From assembly GCA_000004985.1 (NCBI GenBank), contig GG738849.1: a stretch of 64,000 nucleotides of DNA; one strand, given 5' to 3'. The notes beneath the pieces are model-generated. The model was not told where the DNA came from and did no database searches. It saw only the letters and a list, made by a program, of their open reading frames with translations. Below are positions 1 through 12,000 of this stretch, in pieces. A program made the position numbers and the translations under genes. The stretch is from Naegleria gruberi (taxonomy: Eukaryota). Each line of letters opens with the position of its first letter. Position 1 is the stretch's first letter.

Positions 1-3000
1 NNNNNNNNNNNNNNNNNNNNNNNNNNNNNNNNNNNNNNNNNNNNNNNNNNNNNNNNNNNNNNNNNNNNNNNNNNNNNNNNNNNNNNNNNNNNNNNNNNNN
101 NNNNNNNNNNNNNNNNNNNNNNNNNNNNNNNNNNNNNNNNNNNNNNNNNNNNNNNNNNNNNNNNNNNNNNNNNNNNNNNNNNNNNNNNNNNNNNNNNNNN
201 NNNNNNNNNNNNNNNNNNNNNNNNNNNNNNNNNNNNNNNNNNNNNNNNNNNNNNNNNNNNNNNNNNNNNNNNNNNNNNNNNNNNNNNNNNNNNNNNNNNN
301 NNNNNNNNNNNNNNNNNNNNNNNNNNNNNNNNNNNNNNNNNNNNNNNNNNNNNNNNNNNNNNNNNNNNNNNNNNNNNNNNNNNNNNNNNNNNNNNNNNNN
401 NNNNNNNNNNNNNNNNNNNNNNNNNNNNNNNNNNNNNNNNNNNNNNNNNNNNNNNNNNNNNNNNNNNNNNNNNNNNNNNNNNNNNNNNNNNNNNNNNNNN
501 NNNNNNNNNNNNNNNNNNNNNNNNNNNNNNNNNNNNNNNNNNNNNNNNNNNNNNNNNNNNNNNNNNNNNNNNNNNNNNNNNNNNNNNNNNNNNNNNNNNN
601 NNNNNNNNNNNNNNNNNNNNNNNNNNNNNNNNNNNNNNNNNNNNNNNNNNNNNNNNNNNNNNNNNNNNNNNNNNNNNNNNNNNNNNNNNNNNNNNNNNNN
701 NNNNNNNNNNNNNNNNNNNNNNNNNNNNNNNNNNNNNNNNNNNNNNNNNNNNNNNNNNNNNNNNNNNNNNNNNNNNNNNNNNNNNNNNNNNNNNNNNNNN
801 NNNNNNNNNNNNNNNNNNNNNNNNNNNNNNNNNNNNNNNNNNNNNNNNNNNNNNNNNNNNNNNNNNNNNNNNNNNNNNNNNNNNNNNNNNNNNNNNNNNN
901 NNNNNNNNNNNNNNNNNNNNNNNNNNNNNNNNNNNNNNNNNNNNNNNNNNNNNNNNNNNNNNNNNNNNNNNNNNNNNNNNNNNNNNNNNNNNNNNNNNNN
1001 NNNNNNNNNNNNNNNNNNNNNNNNNNNNNNNNNNNNNNNNNNNNNNNNNNNNNNNNNNNNNNNNNNNNNNNNNNNNNNNNNNNNNNNNNNNNNNNNNNNN
1101 NNNNNNNNNNNNNNNNNNNNNNNNNNNNNNNNNNNNNNNNNNNNNNNNNNNNNNNNNNNNNNNNNNNNNNNNNNNNNNNNNNNNNNNNNNNNNNNNNNNN
1201 NNNNNNNNNNNNNNNNNNNNNNNNNNNNNNNNNNNNNNNNNNNNNNNNNNNNNNNNNNNNNNNNNNNNNNNNNNNNNNNNNNNNNNNNNNNNNNNNNNNN
1301 NNNNNNNNNNNNNNNNNNNNNNNNNNNNNNNNNNNNNNNNNNNNNNNNNNNNNNNNNNNNNNNNNNNNNNNNNNNNNNNNNNNNNNNNNNNNNNNNNNNN
1401 NNNNNNNNNNNNNNNNNNNNNNNNNNNNNNNNNNNNNNNNNNNNNNNNNNNNNNNNNNNNNNNNNNNNNNNNNNNNNNNNNNNNNNNNNNNNNNNNNNNN
1501 NNNNNNNNNNNNNNNNNNNNNNNNNNNNNNNNNNNNNNNNNNNNNNNNNNNNNNNNNNNNNNNNNNNNNNNNNNNNNNNNNNNNNNNNNNNNNNNNNNNN
1601 NNNNNNNNNNNNNNNNNNNNNNNNNNNNNNNNNNNNNNNNNNNNNNNNNNNNNNNNNNNNNNNNNNNNNNNNNNNNNNNNNNNNNNNNNNNNNNNNNNNN
1701 NNNNNNNNNNNNNNNNNNNNNNNNNNNNNNNNNNNNNNNNNNNNNNNNNNNNNNNNNNNNNNNNNNNNNNNNNNNNNNNNNNNNNNNNNNNNNNNNNNNN
1801 NNNNNNNNNNNNNNNNNNNNNNNNNNNNNNNNNNNNNNNNNNNNNNNNNNNNNNNNNNNNNNNNNNNNNNNNNNNNNNNNNNNNNNNNNNNNNNNNNNNN
1901 NNNNNNNNNNNNNNNNNNNNNNNNNNNNNNNNNNNNNNNNNNNNNNNNNNNNNNNNNNNNNNNNNNNNNNNNNNNNNNNNNNNNNNNNNNNNNNNNNNNN
2001 NNNNNNNNNNNNNNNNNNNNNNNNNNNNNNNNNNNNNNNNNNNNNNNNNNNNNNNNNNNNNNNNNNNNNNNNNNNNNNNNNNNNNNNNNNNNNNNNNNNN
2101 NNNNNNNNNNNNNNNNNNNNNNNNNNNNNNNNNNNNNNNNNNNNNNNNNNNNNNNNNNNNNNNNNNNNNNNNNNNNNNNNNNNNNNNNNNNNNNNNNNNN
2201 NNNNNNNNNNNNNNNNNNNNNNNNNNNNNNNNNNNNNNNNNNNNNNNNNNNNNNNNNNNNNNNNNNNNNNNNNNNNNNNNNNNNNNNNNNNNNNNNNNNN
2301 NNNNNNNNNNNNNNNNNNNNNNNNNNNNNNNNNNNNNNNNNNNNNNNNNNNNNNNNNNNNNNNNNNNNNNNNNNNNNNNNNNNNNNNNNNNNNNNNNNNN
2401 NNNNNNNNNNNNNNNNNNNNNNNNNNNNNNNNNNNNNNNNNNNNNNNNNNNNNNNNNNNNNNNNNNNNNNNNNNNNNNNNNNNNNNNNNNNNNNNNNNNN
2501 NNNNNNNNNNNNNNNNNNNNNNNNNNNNNNNNNNNNNNNNNNNNNNNNNNNNNNNNNNNNNNNNNNNNNNNNNNNNNNNNNNNNNNNNNNNNNNNNNNNN
2601 NNNNNNNNNNNNNNNNNNNNNNNNNNNNNNNNNNNNNNNNNNNNNNNNNNNNNNNNNNNNNNNNNNNNNNNNNNNNNNNNNNNNNNNNNNNNNNNNNNNN
2701 NNNNNNNNNNNNNNNNNNNNNNNNNNNNNNNNNNNNNNNNNNNNNNNNNNNNNNNNNNNNNNNNNNNNNNNNNNNNNNNNNNNNNNNNNNNNNNNNNNNN
2801 NNNNNNNNNNNNNNNNNNNNNNNNNNNNNNNNNNNNNNNNNNNNNNNNNNNNNNNNNNNNNNNNNNNNNNNNNNNNNNNNNNNNNNNNNNNNNNNNNNNN
2901 NNNNNNNNNNNNNNNNNNNNNNNNNNNNNNNNNNNNNNNNNNNNNNNNNNNNNNNNNNNNNNNNNNNNNNNNNNNNNNNNNNNNNNNNNNNNNNNNNNNN

Positions 3001-6000
3001 NNNNNNNNNNNNNNNNNNNNNNNNNNNNNNNNNNNNNNNNNNNNNNNNNNNNNNNNNNNNNNNNNNNNNNNNNNNNNNNNNNNNNNNNNNNNNNNNNNNN
3101 NNNNNNNNNNNNNNNNNNNNNNNNNNNNNNNNNNNNNNNNNNNNNNNNNNNNNNNNNNNNNNNNNNNNNNNNNNNNNNNNNNNNNNNNNNNNNNNNNNNN
3201 NNNNNNNNNNNNNNNNNNNNNNNNNNNNNNNNNNNNNNNNNNNNNNNNNNNNNNNNNNNNNNNNNNNNNNNNNNNNNNNNNNNNNNNNNNNNNNNNNNNN
3301 NNNNNNNNNNNNNNNNNNNNNNNNNNNNNNNNNNNNNNNNNNNNNNNNNNNNNNNNNNNNNNNNNNNNNNNNNNNNNNNNNNNNNNNNNNNNNNNNNNNN
3401 NNNNNNNNNNNNNNNNNNNNNNNNNNNNNNNNNNNNNNNNNNNNNNNNNNNNNNNNNNNNNNNNNNNNNNNNNNNNNNNNNNNNNNNNNNNNNNNNNNNN
3501 NNNNNNNNNNNNNNNNNNNNNNNNNNNNNNNNNNNNNNNNNNNNNNNNNNNNNNNNNNNNNNNNNNNNNNNNNNNNNNNNNNNNNNNNNNNNNNNNNNNN
3601 NNNNNNNNNNNNNNNNNNNNNNNNNNNNNNNNNNNNNNNNNNNNNNNNNNNNNNNNNNNNNNNNNNNNNNNNNNNNNNNNNNNNNNNNNNNNNNNNNNNN
3701 NNNNNNNNNNNNNNNNNNNNNNNNNNNNNNNNNNNNNNNNNNNNNNNNNNNNNNNNNNNNNNNNNNNNNNNNNNNNNNNNNNNNNNNNNNNNNNNNNNNN
3801 NNNNNNNNNNNNNNNNNNNNNNNNNNNNNNNNNNNNNNNNNNNNNNNNNNNNNNNNNNNNNNNNNNNNNNNNNNNNNNNNNNNNNNNNNNNNNNNNNNNN
3901 NNNNNNNNNNNNNNNNNNNNNNNNNNNNNNNNNNNNNNNNNNNNNNNNNNNNNNNNNNNNNNNNNNNNNNNNNNNNNNNNNNNNNNNNNNNNNNNNNNNN
4001 NNNNNNNNNNNNNNNNNNNNNNNNNNNNNNNNNNNNNNNNNNNNNNNNNNNNNNNNNNNNNNNNNNNNNNNNNNNNNNNNNNNNNNNNNNNNNNNNNNNN
4101 NNNNNNNNNNNNNNNNNNNNNNNNNNNNNNNNNNNNNNNNNNNNNNNNNNNNNNNNNNNNNNNNNNNNNNNNNNNNNNNNNNNNNNNNNNNNNNNNNNNN
4201 NNNNNNNNNNNNNNNNNNNNNNNNNNNNNNNNNNNNNNNNNNNNNNNNNNNNNNNNNNNNNNNNNNNNNNNNNNNNNNNNNNNNNNNNNNNNNNNNNNNN
4301 NNNNNNNNNNNNNNNNNNNNNNNNNNNNNNNNNNNNNNNNNNNNNNNNNNNNNNNNNNNNNNNNNNNNNNNNNNNNNNNNNNNNNNNNNNNNNNNNNNNN
4401 NNNNNNNNNNNNNNNNNNNNNNNNNNNNNNNNNNNNNNNNNNNNNNNNNNNNNNNNNNNNNNNNNNNNNNNNNNNNNNNNNNNNNNNNNNNNNNNNNNNN
4501 NNNNNNNNNNNNNNNNNNNNNNNNNNNNNNNNNNNNNNNNNNNNNNNNNNNNNNNNNNNNNNNNNNNNNNNNNNNNNNNNNNNNNNNNNNNNNNNNNNNN
4601 NNNNNNNNNNNNNNNNNNNNNNNNNNNNNNNNNNNNNNNNNNNNNNNNNNNNNNNNNNNNNNNNNNNNNNNNNNNNNNNNNNNNNNNNNNNNNNNNNNNN
4701 NNNNNNNNNNNNNNNNNNNNNNNNNNNNNNNNNNNNNNNNNNNNNNNNNNNNNNNNNNNNNNNNNNNNNNNNNNNNNNNNNNNNNNNNNNNNNNNNNNNN
4801 NNNNNNNNNNNNNNNNNNNNNNNNNNNNNNNNNNNNNNNNNNNNNNNNNNNNNNNNNNNNNNNNNNNNNNNNNNNNNNNNNNNNNNNNNNNNNNNNNNNN
4901 NNNNNNNNNNNNNNNNNNNNNNNNNNNNNNNNNNNNNNNNNNNNNNNNNNNNNNNNNNNNNNNNNNNNNNNNNNNNNNNNNNNNNNNNNNNNNNNNNNNN
5001 NNNNNNNNNNNNNNNNNNNNNNNNNNNNNNNNNNNNNNNNNNNNNNNNNNNNNNNNNNNNNNNNNNNNNNNNNNNNNNNNNNNNNNNNNNNNNNNNNNNN
5101 NNNNNNNNNNNNNNNNNNNNNNNNNNNNNNNNNNNNNNNNNNNNNNNNNNNNNNNNNNNNNNNNNNNNNNNNNNNNNNNNNNNNNNNNNNNNNNNNNNNN
5201 NNNNNNNNNNNNNNNNNNNNNNNNNNNNNNNNNNNNNNNNNNNNNNNNNNNNNNNNNNNNNNNNNNNNNNNNNNNNNNNNNNNNNNNNNNNNNNNNNNNN
5301 NNNNNNNNNNNNNNNNNNNNNNNNNNNNNNNNNNNNNNNNNNNNNNNNNNNNNNNNNNNNNNNNNNNNNNNNNNNNNNNNNNNNNNNNNNNNNNNNNNNN
5401 NNNNNNNNNNNNNNNNNNNNNNNNNNNNNNNNNNNNNNNNNNNNNNNNNNNNNNNNNNNNNNNNNNNNNNNNNNNNNNNNNNNNNNNNNNNNNNNNNNNN
5501 NNNNNNNNNNNNNNNNNNNNNNNNNNNNNNNNNNNNNNNNNNNNNNNNNNNNNNNNNNNNNNNNNNNNNNNNNNNNNNNNNNNNNNNNNNNNNNNNNNNN
5601 NNNNNNNNNNNNNNNNNNNNNNNNNNNNNNNNNNNNNNNNNNNNNNNNNNNNNNNNNNNNNNNNNNNNNNNNNNNNNNNNNNNNNNNNNNNNNNNNNNNN
5701 NNNNNNNNNNNNNNNNNNNNNNNNNNNNNNNNNNNNNNNNNNNNNNNNNNNNNNNNNNNNNNNNNNNNNNNNNNNNNNNNNNNNNNNNNNNNNNNNNNNN
5801 NNNNNNNNNNNNNNNNNNNNNNNNNNNNNNNNNNNNNNNNNNNNNNNNNNNNNNNNNNNNNNNNNNNNNNNNNNNNNNNNNNNNNNNNNNNNNNNNNNNN
5901 NNNNNNNNNNNNNNNNNNNNNNNNNNNNNNNNNNNNNNNNNNNNNNNNNNNNNNNNNNNNNNNNNNNNNNNNNNNNNNNNNNNNNNNNNNNNNNNNNNNN

Positions 6001-9000
6001 NNNNNNNNNNNNNNNNNNNNNNNNNNNNNNNNNNNNNNNNNNNNNNNNNNNNNNNNNNNNNNNNNNNNNNNNNNNNNNNNNNNNNNNNNNNNNNNNNNNN
6101 NNNNNNNNNNNNNNNNNNNNNNNNNNNNNNNNNNNNNNNNNNNNNNNNNNNNNNNNNNNNNNNNNNNNNNNNNNNNNNNNNNNNNNNNNNNNNNNNNNNN
6201 NNNNNNNNNNNNNNNNNNNNNNNNNNNNNNNNNNNNNNNNNNNNNNNNNNNNNNNNNNNNNNNNNNNNNNNNNNNNNNNNNNNNNNNNNNNNNNNNNNNN
6301 NNNNNNNNNNNNNNNNNNNNNNNNNNNNNNNNNNNNNNNNNNNNNNNNNNNNNNNNNNNNNNNNNNNNNNNNNNNNNNNNNNNNNNNNNNNNNNNNNNNN
6401 NNNNNNNNNNNNNNNNNNNNNNNNNNNNNNNNNNNNNNNNNNNNNNNNNNNNNNNNNNNNNNNNNNNNNNNNNNNNNNNNNNNNNNNNNNNNNNNNNNNN
6501 NNNNNNNNNNNNNNNNNNNNNNNNNNNNNNNNNNNNNNNNNNNNNNNNNNNNNNNNNNNNNNNNNNNNNNNNNNNNNNNNNNNNNNNNNNNNNNNNNNNN
6601 NNNNNNNNNNNNNNNNNNNNNNNNNNNNNNNNNNNNNNNNNNNNNNNNNNNNNNNNNNNNNNNNNNNNNNNNNNNNNNNNNNNNNNNNNNNNNNNNNNNN
6701 NNNNNNNNNNNNNNNNNNNNNNNNNNNNNNNNNNNNNNNNNNNNNNNNNNNNNNNNNNNNNNNNNNNNNNNNNNNNNNNNNNNNNNNNNNNNNNNNNNNN
6801 NNNNNNNNNNNNNNNNNNNNNNNNNNNNNNNNNNNNNNNNNNNNNNNNNNNNNNNNNNNNNNNNNNNNNNNNNNNNNNNNNNNNNNNNNNNNNNNNNNNN
6901 NNNNNNNNNNNNNNNNNNNNNNNNNNNNNNNNNNNNNNNNNNNNNNNNNNNNNNNNNNNNNNNNNNNNNNNNNNNNNNNNNNNNNNNNNNNNNNNNNNNN
7001 NNNNNNNNNNNNNNNNNNNNNNNNNNNNNNNNNNNNNNNNNNNNNNNNNNNNNNNNNNNNNNNNNNNNNNNNNNNNNNNNNNNNNNNNNNNNNNNNNNNN
7101 NNNNNNNNNNNNNNNNNNNNNNNNNNNNNNNNNNNNNNNNNNNNNNNNNNNNNNNNNNNNNNNNNNNNNNNNNNNNNNNNNNNNNNNNNNNNNNNNNNNN
7201 NNNNNNNNNNNNNNNNNNNNNNNNNNNNNNNNNNNNNNNNNNNNNNNNNNNNNNNNNNNNNNNNNNNNNNNNNNNNNNNNNNNNNNNNNNNNNNNNNNNN
7301 NNNNNNNNNNNNNNNNNNNNNNNNNNNNNNNNNNNNNNNNNNNNNNNNNNNNNNNNNNNNNNNNNNNNNNNNNNNNNNNNNNNNNNNNNNNNNNNNNNNN
7401 NNNNNNNNNNNNNNNNNNNNNNNNNNNNNNNNNNNNNNNNNNNNNNNNNNNNNNNNNNNNNNNNNNNNNNNNNNNNNNNNNNNNNNNNNNNNNNNNNNNN
7501 NNNNNNNNNNNNNNNNNNNNNNNNNNNNNNNNNNNNNNNNNNNNNNNNNNNNNNNNNNNNNNNNNNNNNNNNNNNNNNNNNNNNNNNNNNNNNNNNNNNN
7601 NNNNNNNNNNNNNNNNNNNNNNNNNNNNNNNNNNNNNNNNNNNNNNNNNNNNNNNNNNNNNNNNNNNNNNNNNNNNNNNNNNNNNNNNNNNNNNNNNNNN
7701 NNNNNNNNNNNNNNNNNNNNNNNNNNNNNNNNNNNNNNNNNNNNNNNNNNNNNNNNNNNNNNNNNNNNNNNNNNNNNNNNNNNNNNNNNNNNNNNNNNNN
7801 NNNNNNNNNNNNNNNNNNNNNNNNNNNNNNNNNNNNNNNNNNNNNNNNNNNNNNNNNNNNNNNNNNNNNNNNNNNNNNNNNNNNNNNNNNNNNNNNNNNN
7901 NNNNNNNNNNNNNNNNNNNNNNNNNNNNNNNNNNNNNNNNNNNNNNNNNNNNNNNNNNNNNNNNNNNNNNNNNNNNNNNNNNNNNNNNNNNNNNNNNNNN
8001 NNNNNNNNNNNNNNNNNNNNNNNNNNNNNNNNNNNNNNNNNNNNNNNNNNNNNNNNNNNNNNNNNNNNNNNNNNNNNNNNNNNNNNNNNNNNNNNNNNNN
8101 NNNNNNNNNNNNNNNNNNNNNNNNNNNNNNNNNNNNNNNNNNNNNNNNNNNNNNNNNNNNNNNNNNNNNNNNNNNNNNNNNNNNNNNNNNNNNNNNNNNN
8201 NNNNNNNNNNNNNNNNNNNNNNNNNNNNNNNNNNNNNNNNNNNNNNNNNNNNNNNNNNNNNNNNNNNNNNNNNNNNNNNNNNNNNNNNNNNNNNNNNNNN
8301 NNNNNNNNNNNNNNNNNNNNNNNNNNNNNNNNNNNNNNNNNNNNNNNNNNNNNNNNNNNNNNNNNNNNNNNNNNNNNNNNNNNNNNNNNNNNNNNNNNNN
8401 NNNNNNNNNNNNNNNNNNNNNNNNNNNNNNNNNNNNNNNNNNNNNNNNNNNNNNNNNNNNNNNNNNNNNNNNNNNNNNNNNNNNNNNNNNNNNNNNNNNN
8501 NNNNNNNNNNNNNNNNNNNNNNNNNNNNNNNNNNNNNNNNNNNNNNNNNNNNNNNNNNNNNNNNNNNNNNNNNNNNNNNNNNNNNNNNNNNNNNNNNNNN
8601 NNNNNNNNNNNNNNNNNNNNNNNNNNNNNNNNNNNNNNNNNNNNNNNNNNNNNNNNNNNNNNNNNNNNNNNNNNNNNNNNNNNNNNNNNNNNNNNNNNNN
8701 NNNNNNNNNNNNNNNNNNNNNNNNNNNNNNNNNNNNNNNNNNNNNNNNNNNNNNNNNNNNNNNNNNNNNNNNNNNNNNNNNNNNNNNNNNNNNNNNNNNN
8801 NNNNNNNNNNNNNNNNNNNNNNNNNNNNNNNNNNNNNNNNNNNNNNNNNNNNNNNNNNNNNNNNNNNNNNNNNNNNNNNNNNNNNNNNNNNNNNNNNNNN
8901 NNNNNNNNNNNNNNNNNNNNNNNNNNNNNNNNNNNNNNNNNNNNNNNNNNNNNNNNNNNNNNNNNNNNNNNNNNNNNNNNNNNNNNNNNNNNNNNNNNNN

Positions 9001-12000
9001 NNNNNNNNNNNNNNNNNNNNNNNNNNNNNNNNNNNNNNNNNNNNNNNNNNNNNNNNNNNNNNNNNNNNNNNNNNNNNNNNNNNNNNNNNNNNNNNNNNNN
9101 NNNNNNNNNNNNNNNNNNNNNNNNNNNNNNNNNNNNNNNNNNNNNNNNNNNNNNNNNNNNNNNNNNNNNNNNNNNNNNNNNNNNNNNNNNNNNNNNNNNN
9201 NNNNNNNNNNNNNNNNNNNNNNNNNNNNNNNNNNNNNNNNNNNNNNNNNNNNNNNNNNNNNNNNNNNNNNNNNNNNNNNNNNNNNNNNNNNNNNNNNNNN
9301 NNNNNNNNNNNNNNNNNNNNNNNNNNNNNNNNNNNNNNNNNNNNNNNNNNNNNNNNNNNNNNNNNNNNNNNNNNNNNNNNNNNNNNNNNNNNNNNNNNNN
9401 NNNNNNNNNNNNNNNNNNNNNNNNNNNNNNNNNNNNNNNNNNNNNNNNNNNNNNNNNNNNNNNNNNNNNNNNNNNNNNNNNNNNNNNNNNNNNNNNNNNN
9501 NNNNNNNNNNNNNNNNNNNNNNNNNNNNNNNNNNNNNNNNNNNNNNNNNNNNNNNNNNNNNNNNNNNNNNNNNNNNNNNNNNNNNNNNNNNNNNNNNNNN
9601 NNNNNNNNNNNNNNNNNNNNNNNNNNNNNNNNNNNNNNNNNNNNNNNNNNNNNNNNNNNNNNNNNNNNNNNNNNNNNNNNNNNNNNNNNNNNNNNNNNNN
9701 NNNNNNNNNNNNNNNNNNNNNNNNNNNNNNNNNNNNNNNNNNNNNNNNNNNNNNNNNNNNNNNNNNNNNNNNNNNNNNNNNNNNNNNNNNNNNNNNNNNN
9801 NNNNNNNNNNNNNNNNNNNNNNNNNNNNNNNNNNNNNNNNNNNNNNNNNNNNNNNNNNNNNNNNNNNNNNNNNNNNNNNNNNNNNNNNNNNNNNNNNNNN
9901 NNNNNNNNNNNNNNNNNNNNNNNNNNNNNNNNNNNNNNNNNNNNNNNNNNNNNNNNNNNNNNNNNNNNNNNNNNNNNNNNNNNNNNNNNNNNNNNNNNNN
10001 NNNNNNNNNNNNNNNNNNNNNNNNNNNNNNNNNNNNNNNNNNNNNNNNNNNNNNNNNNNNNNNNNNNNNNNNNNNNNNNNNNNNNNNNNNNNNNNNNNNN
10101 NNNNNNNNNNNNNNNNNNNNNNNNNNNNNNNNNNNNNNNNNNNNNNNNNNNNNNNNNNNNNNNNNNNNNNNNNNNNNNNNNNNNNNNNNNNNNNNNNNNN
10201 NNNNNNNNNNNNNNNNNNNNNNNNNNNNNNNNNNNNNNNNNNNNNNNNNNNNNNNNNNNNNNNNNNNNNNNNNNNNNNNNNNNNNNNNNNNNNNNNNNNN
10301 NNNNNNNNNNNNNNNNNNNNNNNNNNNNNNNNNNNNNNNNNNNNNNNNNNNNNNNNNNNNNNNNNNNNNNNNNNNNNNNNNNNNNNNNNNNNNNNNNNNN
10401 NNNNNNNNNNNNNNNNNNNNNNNNNNNNNNNNNNNNNNNNNNNNNNNNNNNNNNNNNNNNNNNNNNNNNNNNNNNNNNNNNNNNNNNNNNNNNNNNNNNN
10501 NNNNNNNNNNNNNNNNNNNNNNNNNNNNNNNNNNNNNNNNNNNNNNNNNNNNNNNNNNNNNNNNNNNNNNNNNNNNNNNNNNNNNNNNNNNNNNNNNNNN
10601 NNNNNNNNNNNNNNNNNNNNNNNNNNNNNNNNNNNNNNNNNNNNNNNNNNNNNNNNNNNNNNNNNNNNNNNNNNNNNNNNNNNNNNNNNNNNNNNNNNNN
10701 NNNNNNNNNNNNNNNNNNNNNNNNNNNNNNNNNNNNNNNNNNNNNNNNNNNNNNNNNNNNNNNNNNNNNNNNNNNNNNNNNNNNNNNNNNNNNNNNNNNN
10801 NNNNNNNNNNNNNNNNNNNNNNNNNNNNNNNNNNNNNNNNNNNNNNNNNNNNNNNNNNNNNNNNNNNNNNNNNNNNNNNNNNNNNNNNNNNNNNNNNNNN
10901 NNNNNNNNNNNNNNNNNNNNNNNNNNNNNNNNNNNNNNNNNNNNNNNNNNNNNNNNNNNNNNNNNNNNNNNNNNNNNNNNNNNNNNNNNNNNNNNNNNNN
11001 NNNNNNNNNNNNNNNNNNNNNNNNNNNNNNNNNNNNNNNNNNNNNNNNNNNNNNNNNNNNNNNNNNNNNNNNNNNNNNNNNNNNNNNNNNNNNNNNNNNN
11101 NNNNNNNNNNNNNNNNNNNNNNNNNNNNNNNNNNNNNNNNNNNNNNNNNNNNNNNNNNNNNNNNNNNNNNNNNNNNNNNNNNNNNNNNNNNNNNNNNNNN
11201 NNNNNNNNNNNNNNNNNNNNNNNNNNNNNNNNNNNNNNNNNNNNNNNNNNNNNNNNNNNNNNNNNNNNNNNNNNNNNNNNNNNNNNNNNNNNNNNNNNNN
11301 NNNNNNNNNNNNNNNNNNNNNNNNNNNNNNNNNNNNNNNNNNNNNNNNNNNNNNNNNNNNNNNNNNNNNNNNNNNNNNNNNNNNNNNNNNNNNNNNNNNN
11401 NNNNNNNNNNNNNNNNNNNNNNNNNNNNNNNNNNNNNNNNNNNNNNNNNNNNNNNNNNNNNNNNNNNNNNNNNNNNNNNNNNNNNNNNNNNNNNNNNNNN
11501 NNNNNNNNNNNNNNNNNNNNNNNNNNNNNNNNNNNNNNNNNNNNNNNNNNNNNNNNNNNNNNNNNNNNNNNNNNNNNNNNNNNNNNNNNNNNNNNNNNNN
11601 NNNNNNNNNNNNNNNNNNNNNNNNNNNNNNNNNNNNNNNNNNNNNNNNNNNNNNNNNNNNNNNNNNNNNNNNNNNNNNNNNNNNNNNNNNNNNNNNNNNN
11701 NNNNNNNNNNNNNNNNNNNNNNNNNNNNNNNNNNNNNNNNNNNNNNNNNNNNNNNNNNNNNNNNNNNNNNNNNNNNNNNNNNNNNNNNNNNNNNNNNNNN
11801 NNNNNNNNNNNNNNNNNNNNNNNNNNNNNNNNNNNNNNNNNNNNNNNNNNNNNNNNNNNNNNNNNNNNNNNNNNNNNNNNNNNNNNNNNNNNNNNNNNNN
11901 NNNNNNNNNNNNNNNNNNNNNNNNNNNNNNNNNNNNNNNNNNNNNNNNNNNNNNNNNNNNNNNNNNNNNNNNNNNNNNNNNNNNNNNNNNNNNNNNNNNN